From the NCBI GenBank assembly GCA_937871295.1, contig CALMRE010000219.1, positions 174 through 64,173 on the forward strand: DNA of 64,000 nucleotides, given 5' to 3'. This DNA comes from an uncultured bacterium. Its GTDB lineage: Bacteria; UBP6; UBA1177; JAKLFG01. Positions 27,655 through 39,689 of the stretch are shown here, in pieces; position 1 is the stretch's first letter, and each line of letters starts with the position of its first letter. Position numbers and translations under genes: made by a program. Under the pieces are notes generated by a model. The model was given only the letters and a program-made list of their open reading frames with translations. It was not told where the DNA came from and made no database searches.

Positions 27655-29385
27655 ATGAGAACGCATACCTGCGGTGAGTTGAGACTGGCCCATGCCGGAA
27701 CGGGCGCGACCCTTGCGGGCTGGGTCGTATCGAAGCGCGAATTCGGCCCCTTCGTCTTCTGCATGATCTGGGACCGCTACGGCCAGACGCAGGTGGTCTT
27801 CGAAGAGCCGCTCCTGGTCGAAGAGGCGAAAAAGCTCTCGCTCGAAGATGTTGTGACGGTCGAAGGTTTCGTCCGCGACCGCGGTGACAACCGCACCGAT
27901 AAATACGAGACCGGCGCGATCGAAGTGAAGGCGTCGTCGCTCACGCTGCTCAACCCGAGTAAGCCGCTCCCCTACGATCACCGCAAAGAGGCATCCGATA
28001 CGCTGAAGCTCAAGTACCGTTACCTCGACATCCGCAAATCGGAACTGCTCGGTACGCTGGTGGCCCGTTCGAAGATGGCCAAGGCGGTGCGCGACTACAT
28101 GGACGCTCACGATTTCGTCGAACTGGAGACCCCCATACTCGGCAAGTCGACCCCCGAGGGAGCCAAGGAATATCTCGTTCCCAGCCGCATCCATCACGGC
28201 CTGTTCTATTCCCTGCCGCAGTCGCCGCAGTCGTTCAAGCAGATATCGATGATCGGCGGACTCGACCGCTACTATCAGATGGCGAAATGCTTCCGTGACG
28301 AGGACCTGCGCGCCGACCGCCAGCCCGAATTCACCCAGATAGACATCGAGATGTCGTTCGTCGCCGAAGAGGACATCATGGCGATGTCGGAAGGACTCAT
28401 CGCCCATCTTTTCAAGGCGGTGAAAGGGATCGACATCCCGCGTCCCTTCAAACGGATGCCCTACCGCGAGGCGATGGCCCGTTACGGCTCCGACAAGCCC
28501 GACACCCGCTACGGCCTTGAGTTCATCGATATGCGCGACACCTTCCGTGTCTCCGGCTTCAACGCCTTCAAGGGGGCGGCCGAGGACCCGGCGAAGAGCA
28601 TCTGCGGCATCGTGCTGGAAGGGAAGGGGGCCGAACTTTCCAAGCACCGCATCAAGGCGATGGAGAAGGATGTGCAGGGCGACGGCGCGAAGGGTCTGGC
28701 GTGGGTGAAGAAGGAGGGCGGCGCGCTCGACAGTCCGCTCCTCAAGTTCTTCTCGCCCGCCGAACTGGAAAAACTTTCGTCGCTCATCCCTGACGGCGCG
28801 GTGATGTTCCTCGTCGCCGACGAAACGCGCATAGTGCTCACGGCGCTCGGCAACCTGCGGCGTCGGCTCGCGACCGAGTTCAATCTGTACGATAAGAACG
28901 GCTTCGCCTTCCTCTGGGTCACCGAGTTCCCGGCGTTCGAACACAGCGAGGAGGAGGGGAAATGGGTCGCGACGCACCATCCCTTCACCGATTTCGATCT
29001 TGAGACGGCGCAGAAGGGCGACATGGCCAATGTCTCAAGCCGCGCCTACGATATGGTGATAAACGGCTATGAGGTGGGCGGCGGTTCGATCCGTATCCAT
29101 AACACCGCCAAGCAGGCCGAGGTCTTCAAACTTCTCAGCATCGATCCGCAGGAGGCGCAGGAGAAATTCGGGTTCCTGCTGGAAGCGCTCGATCTCGGCG
29201 CCCCGCCGCACGGCGGCATCGCCTTCGGGTTCGACCGGCTCGTGATGATACTGACCGGCATCGACAACATCCGCTCGGTCATAGCCTTCCCCAAGACCAC
29301 GAGCGCGTCCTGCCTCATGACCGGCAGTCCTTCGGGCGTCTCGCAGAAACAACTGGATGAACTGGCGATAAAGCCGGTCGGCTGA
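27655..29385 (+). CDS. aspS: Aspartate--tRNA ligase
   Basis: Class II aaRS motifs are present (FRDEDLRADRQPEFTQID, GGGSIRIH, FGFDRLVM), with an N-terminal OB anticodon-binding domain. Confidence 0.9.
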   Translation: MRTHTCGELRLAHAGTGATLAGWVVSKREFGPFVFCMIWDRYGQTQVVFEEPLLVEEAKKLSLEDVVTVEGFVRDRGDNRTDKYETGAIEVKASSLTLLNPSKPLPYDHRKEASDTLKLKYRYLDIRKSELLGTLVARSKMAKAVRDYMDAHDFVELETPILGKSTPEGAKEYLVPSRIHHGLFYSLPQSPQSFKQISMIGGLDRYYQMAKCFRDEDLRADRQPEFTQIDIEMSFVAEEDIMAMSEGLIAHLFKAVKGIDIPRPFKRMPYREAMARYGSDKPDTRYGLEFIDMRDTFRVSGFNAFKGAAEDPAKSICGIVLEGKGAELSKHRIKAMEKDVQGDGAKGLAWVKKEGGALDSPLLKFFSPAELEKLSSLIPDGAVMFLVADETRIVLTALGNLRRRLATEFNLYDKNGFAFLWVTEFPAFEHSEEEGKWVATHHPFTDFDLETAQKGDMANVSSRAYDMVINGYEVGGGSIRIHNTAKQAEVFKLLSIDPQEAQEKFGFLLEALDLGAPPHGGIAFGFDRLVMILTGIDNIRSVIAFPKTTSASCLMTGSPSGVSQKQLDELAIKPVG

Positions 29386-29394
29386 CGGTCGCCG

Positions 29395-32166
29395 CTATTT
29401 CTCGTCGATGATGCTCAGAAATATATCGGCGCCGCCCCGGTTCTGATTGCCGTCGAGATTCCCTTCGGTATATCCGCCGACGAAGATGCGCCCGTCGGGA
29501 GCGACGACAAGGGCGGTGCTCTGATCGTTCAGCGGTGAACCCCACTGCTCGGCCCACAACTGCGTACCGGCGTCATTCATCTTCATCAGGAAGACAGCGC
29601 TTGTGCCGAAACTCGATAGGTTGGGGTCCAGCCGTTCCCGCGCATGGCCCGTCACGAAGATATCTCCGTTCGCGTTCATGGCGATCGATCGGGCGTCGGT
29701 CCATTCTTTCGTATCCCGGAGTTCGGTCCAGACCTCTTCCCCGTCTGGCGAGAATTTCTTCACCAGCGCCTGCCGCATCGATCTCGCGGCGCCGTCCACG
29801 GTATAGTCGCCACTGCTCCCCGCTACATACACGAAACCGTCGGCGCCTATCGCGATCGCTCTGCCGATGTCAATTCTCGGCGTGCCCCACTGCACGGTCC
29901 ACTCCTTGATGCCGGCCGGGGTGAATTTGGTAATGAATCCATCGGCGCACAGGAGGGGATAACTTACTATTCCCCCATGCATGCCCTCGCCGGTCATCAC
30001 ACAGTCGGCGCCCTTATTCGTCTGGCCATCCAAGTCGCCGACCGTCTCGCCGGTCACAAAGATGTTCCCCGTCTGATCCACGGTCACGCCGTACGCGACG
30101 GCATAAGGGGTCGAATAGGCCGTGGCCGATTCGCTCTCCCATTCCTCGGTCCATACCTCCGCGCCGGCGGCGGTGATCTTCGTGAGGAACACATGACCGC
30201 TCGGATAGTTCACCGAGCCCGCCATCGATCCGGCGACATAGACATTGCCTTCGCCGTCAACGGCGACCGCACGACCGACATCGTCGTCATATCCGGCGGG
30301 ATCGTCGCCGGTGCCCCACTGGCGGGTCCACACCGTCCCGCCATCGTTCTTTCGCTTGATCAGGAATATATCGGCCTTTCCTGCGTTGCTCTCGCCATCG
30401 AATACCCCCGCGGTGTACCCGGTCAGATAGACATTTCCCGCTGTATCGACCGCCACCGCAGTCGCGACATCGTTCTCCGCCGTTCCCGCTTGCTTCATCC
30501 AATGAAGAAGACCATCGCCATTCGATTTGGCAAGGAAGGTATCGACGCCGCCCGCCGACTGGTTTCCGGCGAGCGCTCCGTTGGTGCTCCCCGCCATGAA
30601 AAGGGCGCCATCGGGAGCAACGGCGATCGCATTCAGTTGATCGGCGGCCTTGTTCCCGCTGAAAAGAGCGCTCCATTCCGTTACGCCGGTAGTTTCCCAG
30701 AGACCGATGCGCAGATCGTGGTTTGCCGAGCCGGTATCCTGATAGCCGGTCACCGCTATCGCCCCCTCCTCCGATACGGCTATGCCGCGCGGAAAGGGGA
30801 TGCCGCTATCGACGCTCCATAACTCCTCTCCGGTAAGATCGTAGCCTTTGAGCGTCGGGCCGACCGCCAAGAACAGATCGGCGCCATCCGAGCCGAGTCC
30901 ACCGCACAGATCATCACCGGGCAGGCCCTCTTGGCGTGTCCAGAGGATATTCCCCGCCGCATCGAGCCGCGTCAGGAACACATCGGCGCAGTAGTTATAC
31001 CCGCAATCTCCCCCCGCATTGGTAGTACCCTCAAAAGCGCCGTCGGTCATCCCCGCAACGAAGAGGTCGCCCTCCTGCGTGATAAAAAGGCCCTTCGCGA
31101 TATCGTCGGAATCATGCAACCCCCACTGCACGGTGCTGATCCGCTCACCGTCGGCGGTGAAGCGGGAAAGAAAAAGGTCGGAGCAGGAGGTGCAGGCCAC
31201 CTGTCCCGATCCGAAGGGGAATTCGGTACAACTGCAGCGTCCCCCGGCATGGGTGTTGCCGTCGAGGTCGCCGGTCGTACTGCCGGCAACGATAATATCG
31301 CCGCCCGGTGCAACCGCAACTGCATAGCCCCGCGCGCTTGTTTCACTCCACACCACGGACCATACCTCATTGCCGTCGGTATCCCACTTAGCGAGCAGTG
31401 GCTTACCGCCGGAATGTCCCGTTATGATAAGATTTCCTTCATTATCGAGCGTGATCGCGAAGGCGAAGTCCATACTGGCGCCGCCCCACAGTTTCGTCCA
31501 CAACTTGGTGCCGTCCTCATGCCACTTGGTAACGAAAATATCTTTGGTGCCGCCCCCATACGGCTCCCCGTCCAGCGGACCGGCGGTGACACCGGCGACG
31601 AAGATATCGCCCTGCATATCGACCGTGATCGCAAGCGGCCAATCGTCTTTTTCCGTCCCCCATTGACGGCTCCAGATCAGCGTGCCGTCGGGCGCCACTT
31701 TCAGGAGGATGCTGTCGGTTTCTCCCGCATGCTGATGGCAATCGAACGATGAATCGGTGCTTCCGGCGATATAGAGGGCACCTGAAGGAGCGAAGGCGAC
31801 CGCATAGCCCGAATCGTAGCCGAGAGAAGATTCTCCGCCCCACTGCCGGGTCAGCCGCACGATATGATCGCTCTCGACCGGCTCCGGTTCCGATTCCGGG
31901 CCACAGCCACCCTGTTCCGGCAGGAGATCTTCGTCAGGAAGGACCACCGCCTCCACATCGACGGGAGATTCCCCGTCAACAAGAATTTCCTCATCCGGCA
32001 CGAACAACGCATCTTCATCCGACGGCGGAAACGCGTCATCGGATATCGGGATGTCGTCGCCGTCCGCCACCGTTAGATCATCCTTGGGGCTGCTTACCGG
32101 TGACTTGTCACAGGCGCAGGCCGCTAGGAGAATGATCAACAGCGATGCCGTAATGCTCCTTTTCAT
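29395..32166 (-). CDS. Large SBBP (beta-propeller repeat) lipoprotein
   Basis: Lipobox LLAACAC. More than 15 repeats of about 45 aa, of the type G...DIF[VL]xK(W)...DG..LWT.QWG..., characteristic of the SBBP beta-propeller repeat (PF06739). Confidence 0.7.
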   Translation of the reverse strand: MKRSITASLLIILLAACACDKSPVSSPKDDLTVADGDDIPISDDAFPPSDEDALFVPDEEILVDGESPVDVEAVVLPDEDLLPEQGGCGPESEPEPVESDHIVRLTRQWGGESSLGYDSGYAVAFAPSGALYIAGSTDSSFDCHQHAGETDSILLKVAPDGTLIWSRQWGTEKDDWPLAITVDMQGDIFVAGVTAGPLDGEPYGGGTKDIFVTKWHEDGTKLWTKLWGGASMDFAFAITLDNEGNLIITGHSGGKPLLAKWDTDGNEVWSVVWSETSARGYAVAVAPGGDIIVAGSTTGDLDGNTHAGGRCSCTEFPFGSGQVACTSCSDLFLSRFTADGERISTVQWGLHDSDDIAKGLFITQEGDLFVAGMTDGAFEGTTNAGGDCGYNYCADVFLTRLDAAGNILWTRQEGLPGDDLCGGLGSDGADLFLAVGPTLKGYDLTGEELWSVDSGIPFPRGIAVSEEGAIAVTGYQDTGSANHDLRIGLWETTGVTEWSALFSGNKAADQLNAIAVAPDGALFMAGSTNGALAGNQSAGGVDTFLAKSNGDGLLHWMKQAGTAENDVATAVAVDTAGNVYLTGYTAGVFDGESNAGKADIFLIKRKNDGGTVWTRQWGTGDDPAGYDDDVGRAVAVDGEGNVYVAGSMAGSVNYPSGHVFLTKITAAGAEVWTEEWESESATAYSTPYAVAYGVTVDQTGNIFVTGETVGDLDGQTNKGADCVMTGEGMHGGIVSYPLLCADGFITKFTPAGIKEWTVQWGTPRIDIGRAIAIGADGFVYVAGSSGDYTVDGAARSMRQALVKKFSPDGEEVWTELRDTKEWTDARSIAMNANGDIFVTGHARERLDPNLSSFGTSAVFLMKMNDAGTQLWAEQWGSPLNDQSTALVVAPDGRIFVGGYTEGNLDGNQNRGGADIFLSIIDEK

Positions 32167-32201
32167 GTTCGCTCCCGGTCAGTGCCTCATCGTTTTTCCT
32201 G

Positions 32202-33899
32202 TTACAGCGACTCGATCGCTTTTCCCGGAACGATGATAAGGACCTCGCGGGTGTCGAGGAACGCGCCGCCGCCGAGCACGTCTATCTGCGCGGTGAAGAC
32301 CTGCGTCTGCGCGCCGGCCGGTTCGCAGAAATCGTTGTGGAAGTCGACCTCGAAAGTGACGGTGGTGCCCGGTTTGACCTTGAGGAAAGTGGTGGGGTCC
32401 ATCCCCTCGGCGCCGTCGGTCGGATCGGCCGCCTTGGGCGTTATCGCCTTGATGAAGTTGGTGGCGCTCTGGCCGTTGCAGAGGGAATGATCGGGCGCCT
32501 CGGTGGCGGTGGTCACATCTATCTTGAGCCCTTTGGTCAGCGCGATCACGGCGTCGACGATCTGCTGTGACAGGCCGGTGCCGTCGGAATTTATCGAATA
32601 GTTGAAGGGGTTGCCGTTCTGGTCGACCGAACCGGTGCCTCCCGAGATGATGTTGAAGTCGTCGGTCGCGTCGCCCGAATCGACCCCGATGAACTTCGCC
32701 TGTATCGTGTTCATCGCGGCGACCGCCTCGGGATGTTTATGCGGCGTGGTGTAGAAGCCGAAGTCGCCCATATCGAACGATTCGTCGGAACACATCAGGA
32801 ATATCGGCATGGCGTGCGGTCGGAAGCAGGCGCCGCCGTACGATTCGCCGCCGCAGTTGGCGGGCGGGATATTGAGCCAGTGGTCTTCGGGGGAGGTGCC
32901 CCACGTGCCGCCGGTCGGCAGACTTATCGCGTTGGGGTTCCCTTCGCCGCTGGCCGCCTGATAGAGCGCCTCGGTATGGAATTCGTAACTGCCGTTGCAG
33001 GAGGAGATGGTGTCGACGGCGGTCCGGACGAGGTTGGCGTCGGTCGTGATGATCTGGGTCATCTGATAGACCTCGTCCTCTATCGTTCCGAATTTCACCA
33101 GACCGAAGCCGGTGTCGGGGATGCTCGCGGTGATGCCGTCGATGATGACATTCTTGATGCCGTCCTTGAGATTCGCGTGTTCTTCGGCCATCGAGCCCGA
33201 GAGGTCGACGAAGATCAGCACATCGGCCTTCTGGATATAGGTGCTGAAATCAAGGTCGCGCAGTTCGTGGGTGTCCCAGTTGTAGCGTAGTATCACATAG
33301 AAGACCTCTTCGGGGATGATGCTGTTCGGGTCCTTCGGGTCGGAGCCGTAGGCATCCTCGGCGGTGTCGATCTGACCGTCGCCGTCGGTGTCCTTTTTCA
33401 TCGGGTTGGTGCCGATCTCGACCTCGTATTTATCGGAGAGACCGTCGTCGTCCGAATCGGCCTTTTTCGGGCTGGAACCGGCCGCGTTCTCGTCGGCGTC
33501 CGACAGGCCGTCGTTGTCGCTGTCGCTGTCCTGTGCATCGGGGGTGCCGTCACCGTCGGTGTCGCCGGTCCCCTCAATGCCGTTGAGGATGCCGTCGCCG
33601 TCGTCGTCGCCGCTCGGCCAGTTCGGGTCATTGTCGGGGTAGATCCCGCCGTTGTCGGTCGGATAGCCGTCGGTGTCGGTGCCGGTGTAGGTATCGCTAT
33701 CGGTCATATCGGTGTCGGCATAACCCGCTTTCTGGACGCATTCGTTATTGACCTTGTCGCAGAACCACGTCGAATCGGGGCAGTCGGCGTCCCGTTCGCA
33801 GTAGATGCCGTCGCCGTCTCCGGGGAGGTTCTCCTCCGGTCCGCAGGCGGCAAAGAACAGGAGAGGAACGATCGGCAACGCCATCCGGAACTTCATCAT
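32202..33899 (-). CDS. Lipoprotein with thrombospondin-type-3-like calcium-binding Asp repeats and a von Willebrand factor A domain
   Basis: Lipobox LFFAAC. Repeats DTDGDGTPDAQDSDSDNDGLSDADE and DSDDDGLSD. vWA MIDAS motif DLSGSM. Start at MMKF (SD AAGGAGG); the ORF-track start at 33959 was rejected. Confidence 0.7.
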   Translation of the reverse strand: MMKFRMALPIVPLLFFAACGPEENLPGDGDGIYCERDADCPDSTWFCDKVNNECVQKAGYADTDMTDSDTYTGTDTDGYPTDNGGIYPDNDPNWPSGDDDGDGILNGIEGTGDTDGDGTPDAQDSDSDNDGLSDADENAAGSSPKKADSDDDGLSDKYEVEIGTNPMKKDTDGDGQIDTAEDAYGSDPKDPNSIIPEEVFYVILRYNWDTHELRDLDFSTYIQKADVLIFVDLSGSMAEEHANLKDGIKNVIIDGITASIPDTGFGLVKFGTIEDEVYQMTQIITTDANLVRTAVDTISSCNGSYEFHTEALYQAASGEGNPNAISLPTGGTWGTSPEDHWLNIPPANCGGESYGGACFRPHAMPIFLMCSDESFDMGDFGFYTTPHKHPEAVAAMNTIQAKFIGVDSGDATDDFNIISGGTGSVDQNGNPFNYSINSDGTGLSQQIVDAVIALTKGLKIDVTTATEAPDHSLCNGQSATNFIKAITPKAADPTDGAEGMDPTTFLKVKPGTTVTFEVDFHNDFCEPAGAQTQVFTAQIDVLGGGAFLDTREVLIIVPGKAIESL

Positions 33900-33988
33900 G
33901 GCAGACCTCCTTTTCGGCGAACAACAGAAGAAGTATAAACGGGCGCGGGAAAAAAGCAAAGGGAAATTTGAGGGATAGGTCCGGAATC

Positions 33989-34017
33989 TTTACATCGCCG
34001 GGGCGCTGTGCTATAGT
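33989..34017 (+). promoter_or_regulatory. sigma70-like promoter TTTACA-17-TATAGT upstream of clpS
   Basis: Approximate positions: TTTACA about 33989-33994 and TATAGT about 34012-34017, 28 nt before clpS. Confidence 0.4.
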
Positions 34018-34044
34018 CGCCGTCCGTAGGAGGACGAGGGATCG

Positions 34045-34368
34045 ATGGCAACGGGAAACGGTGCGGCGACCGGCACGGTGCGTGGTTCGAAGACGCGCGA
34101 TCGTCAGGAAACCAAGCGTCCCGCTCTCTACCGGGTGGTGATGCATAACGATGATTTCACTCCGATGGATTTTGTGATCGATATACTGGTGCAGGTGTTC
34201 CAGAAACCGGCGGCCGAGGCGACGCAGGTGATGCTCGACATTCACAATAAGGGTGCGGGGACCGCCGGCGTATATACCTACGATATCGCGATGTCGAAAA
34301 GTTATCAGGTGCACCGGCTCGCCGAGGATCAGCGGCACCCGCTCAGATGCACCGTAGAACCGGCGTGA
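34045..34368 (+). CDS. clpS: ATP-dependent Clp protease adaptor ClpS
   Basis: YRVVMHNDDFTPMDFV...VMLDIHNKG is a ClpS signature. Confidence 0.85.
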   Translation: MATGNGAATGTVRGSKTRDRQETKRPALYRVVMHNDDFTPMDFVIDILVQVFQKPAAEATQVMLDIHNKGAGTAGVYTYDIAMSKSYQVHRLAEDQRHPLRCTVEPA

Positions 34369-34375
34369 GGCAACG

Positions 34376-36604
<2,229 letters not shown>

Positions 36605-36606
36605 AC

Positions 36607-37299
36607 ATGGTTTTCCAACTTTCACGAGAATTGACGCTTTTTCCCGATCCGCGCCACGCCGAGAGCGACGGACTGCTCGCGGTCGGCGGCGATCTCAAGC
36701 CGGAACGGCTGCTGGCCGCCTACCGGCGCGGTATTTACCCGTGGTACAGCGACGAGTACCCGATACTCTGGTGGTGTCCCGATCCGCGATTCGTGCTCTT
36801 TCCGACGGAGTTGAAGGTCTCCCGCTCGCTGCGGAAACTGGCGGACAAAAACCCGTTTCAGATAACCCTCAACCGCTCCTTCCGGCAGGTCATCAAAGCC
36901 TGCGCCAAGGTGCCGCGCCGCGGGCAGGAGGGGACCTGGATAACGGCCGACATGATGGAAGCCTACAGCGAACTGCATAAGCTCGGTCATGCGCTCAGCG
37001 TCGAGGCATGGCAGGGGAACGAACTGGCGGGCGGCCTGTACGGCGTGGTCATCGGGAAATGTTTCTTCGGCGAGTCGATGTTCGCGTGGGAGCCGAACGC
37101 ATCGAAGGTCGCCTTCGTGAAGTTCGTCGAATTGCTCCGGCGACTCGACTTCCGCATCATCGACTGCCAGATGCGGACCGAACATCTCGAACGATTCGGC
37201 GGCCAGTTCATTCCGCTCAAACGCTTCCTTGAGATCATCGCCAAAGGGTGTGATGAGCCGACCGCGACATGGCCCGAATTGTTGGGAGAAGGCGCATGA
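36607..37299 (+). CDS. aat: Leucyl/phenylalanyl-tRNA--protein transferase
   Basis: RGIYPWYSDEYPILWWCPDPRFVLF...GESMF, an Aat signature. It sits with clpS-clpA as an N-end-rule cluster. Confidence 0.85.
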   Translation: MVFQLSRELTLFPDPRHAESDGLLAVGGDLKPERLLAAYRRGIYPWYSDEYPILWWCPDPRFVLFPTELKVSRSLRKLADKNPFQITLNRSFRQVIKACAKVPRRGQEGTWITADMMEAYSELHKLGHALSVEAWQGNELAGGLYGVVIGKCFFGESMFAWEPNASKVAFVKFVELLRRLDFRIIDCQMRTEHLERFGGQFIPLKRFLEIIAKGCDEPTATWPELLGEGA

Positions 37300-38000
37300 G
37301 ATACTGTTCCTCGCTGCTTCTGATGCTGTCCCTCTTGACCGCCGCCTGCGATGAGCCGTCGCCGCAGTGGCGCGACGATCAGGCGGTGGTTGACGAAACT
37401 CAGACCGATCAGTCGGATCAGACCGATCAGGCCGATCAGTCGGACCAGATCGATCAGTCGGATGCCGACGAGCCGGTCCCCGATGAGCCGGTGGTCGATT
37501 GCACCGCCGCCAGCCCGACGGCGGCCGAAAAGAACGCACTTCAGACGATATTCCCCGCCGGAGAGACCTTCTGCGCCGACAAGACCGCGAGCGGCGTTTC
37601 CTACTTTATCGCAGTACGGGACGGACAAACGGTCGGCTACGCCTTTCCCGGCACCAACTACGGTTTCGACGGGCAGATCGTGGCGCTCACCGGCATGACC
37701 GTCGGGGCGAAAAGCATCGCGGTCGCCATCGTGTCACAGCGGGAGTCGTGGTGGTACCGGATGGGGGACTGGTTCTTCGATCAGTTCAGGGATATCGACA
37801 TCACGCAGATAACGCTCGATCCGAAGTACAACAAGAACTGCTATCCCTGTTCCGAGATGTACGACGCCTTCAAACCCTTCACCGTCGACGCCGTCTCGGG
37901 GGCGACCTACACCTCCAACGCCGTCACCAAAGATGTGTGGGATGCCCTCTATCTGTACGATGAGCTCTTCGATCCGCCTACTGCGGACACTGCGCCGTAG
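37296..38000 (+). CDS. FMN-binding-domain lipoprotein with an acidic (DQ[ST]D)n linker
   Basis: Lipobox LLTAAC. The (DQSDQTDQADQSDQIDQSD) repeat is present. The C-terminal FMN_bind domain carries the flavinylation motif DAVSGATYTSNAV. The start overlaps the aat stop (ATGA). Confidence 0.6.
   Translation: MRYCSSLLLMLSLLTAACDEPSPQWRDDQAVVDETQTDQSDQTDQADQSDQIDQSDADEPVPDEPVVDCTAASPTAAEKNALQTIFPAGETFCADKTASGVSYFIAVRDGQTVGYAFPGTNYGFDGQIVALTGMTVGAKSIAVAIVSQRESWWYRMGDWFFDQFRDIDITQITLDPKYNKNCYPCSEMYDAFKPFTVDAVSGATYTSNAVTKDVWDALYLYDELFDPPTADTAP
37396..37455 (+). repeat. Hexanucleotide microsatellite (GATCAGNCG-type, about 10 units) rich in GATC sites
   Basis: gatcagtcggatcagaccgatcaggccgatcagtcggaccagatcgatcagtcggat; it encodes the DQ[ST]D repeats. 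Confidence 0.6.
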
Positions 38001-39618
38001 CGTCGTTCCCTTGAATGGTCGCGCTGCCGGTCCAACCGTACCCGTCTGTCAGCGTGTCGCGCAGTTCTTCGGCCGCACACTGCGGCAGAAGCGGATTCTC
38101 CTCAACATAAAGATCCCCGCCGATCCAGACCAGCGCGGGGAAAGAGAATTCGTTCAGGGAGTCGTTATAGGAAACGGCCATGTCCCCTCCGACCTGCTCC
38201 AGTAGCAAGAGCGCCGCGGTATCGGAGAGGAGCGGATTGTTGAGAAGCACGAAACGATCCGATACCGAACGGAGGTGATCGAGCCCGCTCAGATCGGTCA
38301 GGAGCGGGTTGTTCTGTATCTCGGCCGGTCCGTAGATCCATGAAAGGAAGGCGAGTCCCGCGAGGTTGTCGAGCAAAGCGTTGTTGATGAGCGAAAGCCC
38401 GCCGACGCTCCGGAGGGAGGGGAAGCCCGAAAGATCCTCCAGTTTCGCGTTCCGGTGCAGGACCAGAAAGCCTTCGATCGTCTGAAGTTGCGGCGGTCCG
38501 TCGGGGTGAACGAGTTCGTCGCATTGCCGGATGATCAGATCGCCGCCGATACGGATCAACCGCTCCAGTCCGGCGAACGACTTGATCCCGCACTGTTCGA
38601 CCGATACGGTGCCGTTCGCCTGCTCAAGCGCGCCGAGACCCTTGAAGGAGACGAGGGCGGGATCGTCATACACCGACAGCTCGCCGACCGCCATCAGACC
38701 CTCCAGTCCGCTGAAAGAACGCAGGGAGCGGTTCCCGCGCACCGTCAATCGGGACAGGTAGATGAACGGGAGGGGCGCGGCACTGATCTGAATGAGGCCG
38801 TCATTGTCCTGCAGATACAGTTCGCCGAGCGCCTGAAGCGCGGACAGGCCGCCCAGTGTCGAAAGCAGGTCGTTGTCGAAGAGGAAAAAAGCGCCGGATA
38901 CGCTCTGCAGAACAGGAAGCCCGAGTCCCCCCAGCAGGCGGTTGCGTTCCAGCCAGACCGAGCCGGCGATCTGCAACGAGACCAGATCGAGTTTGGAGAG
39001 ACGGGCATTGTCCTTTACCAGCAATGTTCCGTCGATGGTGTGCAGGGAAAGAAGATCGCCCAGCGTGTACAGTTTCGCATTACTCTCGACCGAAAGTCCT
39101 CCGCCGATGGTCTGCAGCGAGCGCAGACCGGAAAGATCGTTCAGCAGAACATTCCGCTTTATGATGAGAGAACCCTCTATCCGTTCGATGTTGTGCAACT
39201 GCTCGACCGCGGGCAGAAGGGTCCTTTCGATGACCAGATCGCCCGCTATCGTATCGCAGGCGGCGAAATGGGGAAGCGACTGTTCGTCGACGACCGCCGT
39301 TCCATCACAAAGCCCGATCCAGTCGGCATCGGTCCGTTCTTCCGCTTCATCCGCGGCTCCCGATGGGTCGGTCGTGTCGGTCGGTTCGTCCTGATCGGGC
39401 AGGGGCGGCTTATCGATATCGGCCGTTCCCGTATCGGTATCGGTGGTCGCAATGCAGAAGCCGTCGCGGCAGACAAGTCCGTCCTCGCAGAAAACAAGGC
39501 CGCCGCAGGCTTCGCCGGGGCCAACGCGGTCAAAAGGGTCGTCGTAGATCGCGCGCTCCTTTTCACAGGCAAAGACGATAGACGCGGTCATAAGGATCGT
39601 CAGCAGACGGTACATCAA
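37978..39618 (-). CDS. Secreted leucine-rich repeat / receptor-L-domain-like beta-helix protein
   Basis: Signal peptide; Cys-rich N-terminus; a D/T-rich linker; about 14 repeats of about 24 aa of the form L..L..I.G.L.I..N..L..L.GL..L. Confidence 0.6.
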   Translation of the reverse strand: MMYRLLTILMTASIVFACEKERAIYDDPFDRVGPGEACGGLVFCEDGLVCRDGFCIATTDTDTGTADIDKPPLPDQDEPTDTTDPSGAADEAEERTDADWIGLCDGTAVVDEQSLPHFAACDTIAGDLVIERTLLPAVEQLHNIERIEGSLIIKRNVLLNDLSGLRSLQTIGGGLSVESNAKLYTLGDLLSLHTIDGTLLVKDNARLSKLDLVSLQIAGSVWLERNRLLGGLGLPVLQSVSGAFFLFDNDLLSTLGGLSALQALGELYLQDNDGLIQISAAPLPFIYLSRLTVRGNRSLRSFSGLEGLMAVGELSVYDDPALVSFKGLGALEQANGTVSVEQCGIKSFAGLERLIRIGGDLIIRQCDELVHPDGPPQLQTIEGFLVLHRNAKLEDLSGFPSLRSVGGLSLINNALLDNLAGLAFLSWIYGPAEIQNNPLLTDLSGLDHLRSVSDRFVLLNNPLLSDTAALLLLEQVGGDMAVSYNDSLNEFSFPALVWIGGDLYVEENPLLPQCAAEELRDTLTDGYGWTGSATIQGNDATAQCPQ

Positions 39619-39689
39619 AGATCCCCGAGGTTCGGAAAGATTGTACGATAATGGCGCGGAGAGTCAACTATGGCGGGGGAGGAAGAGGA

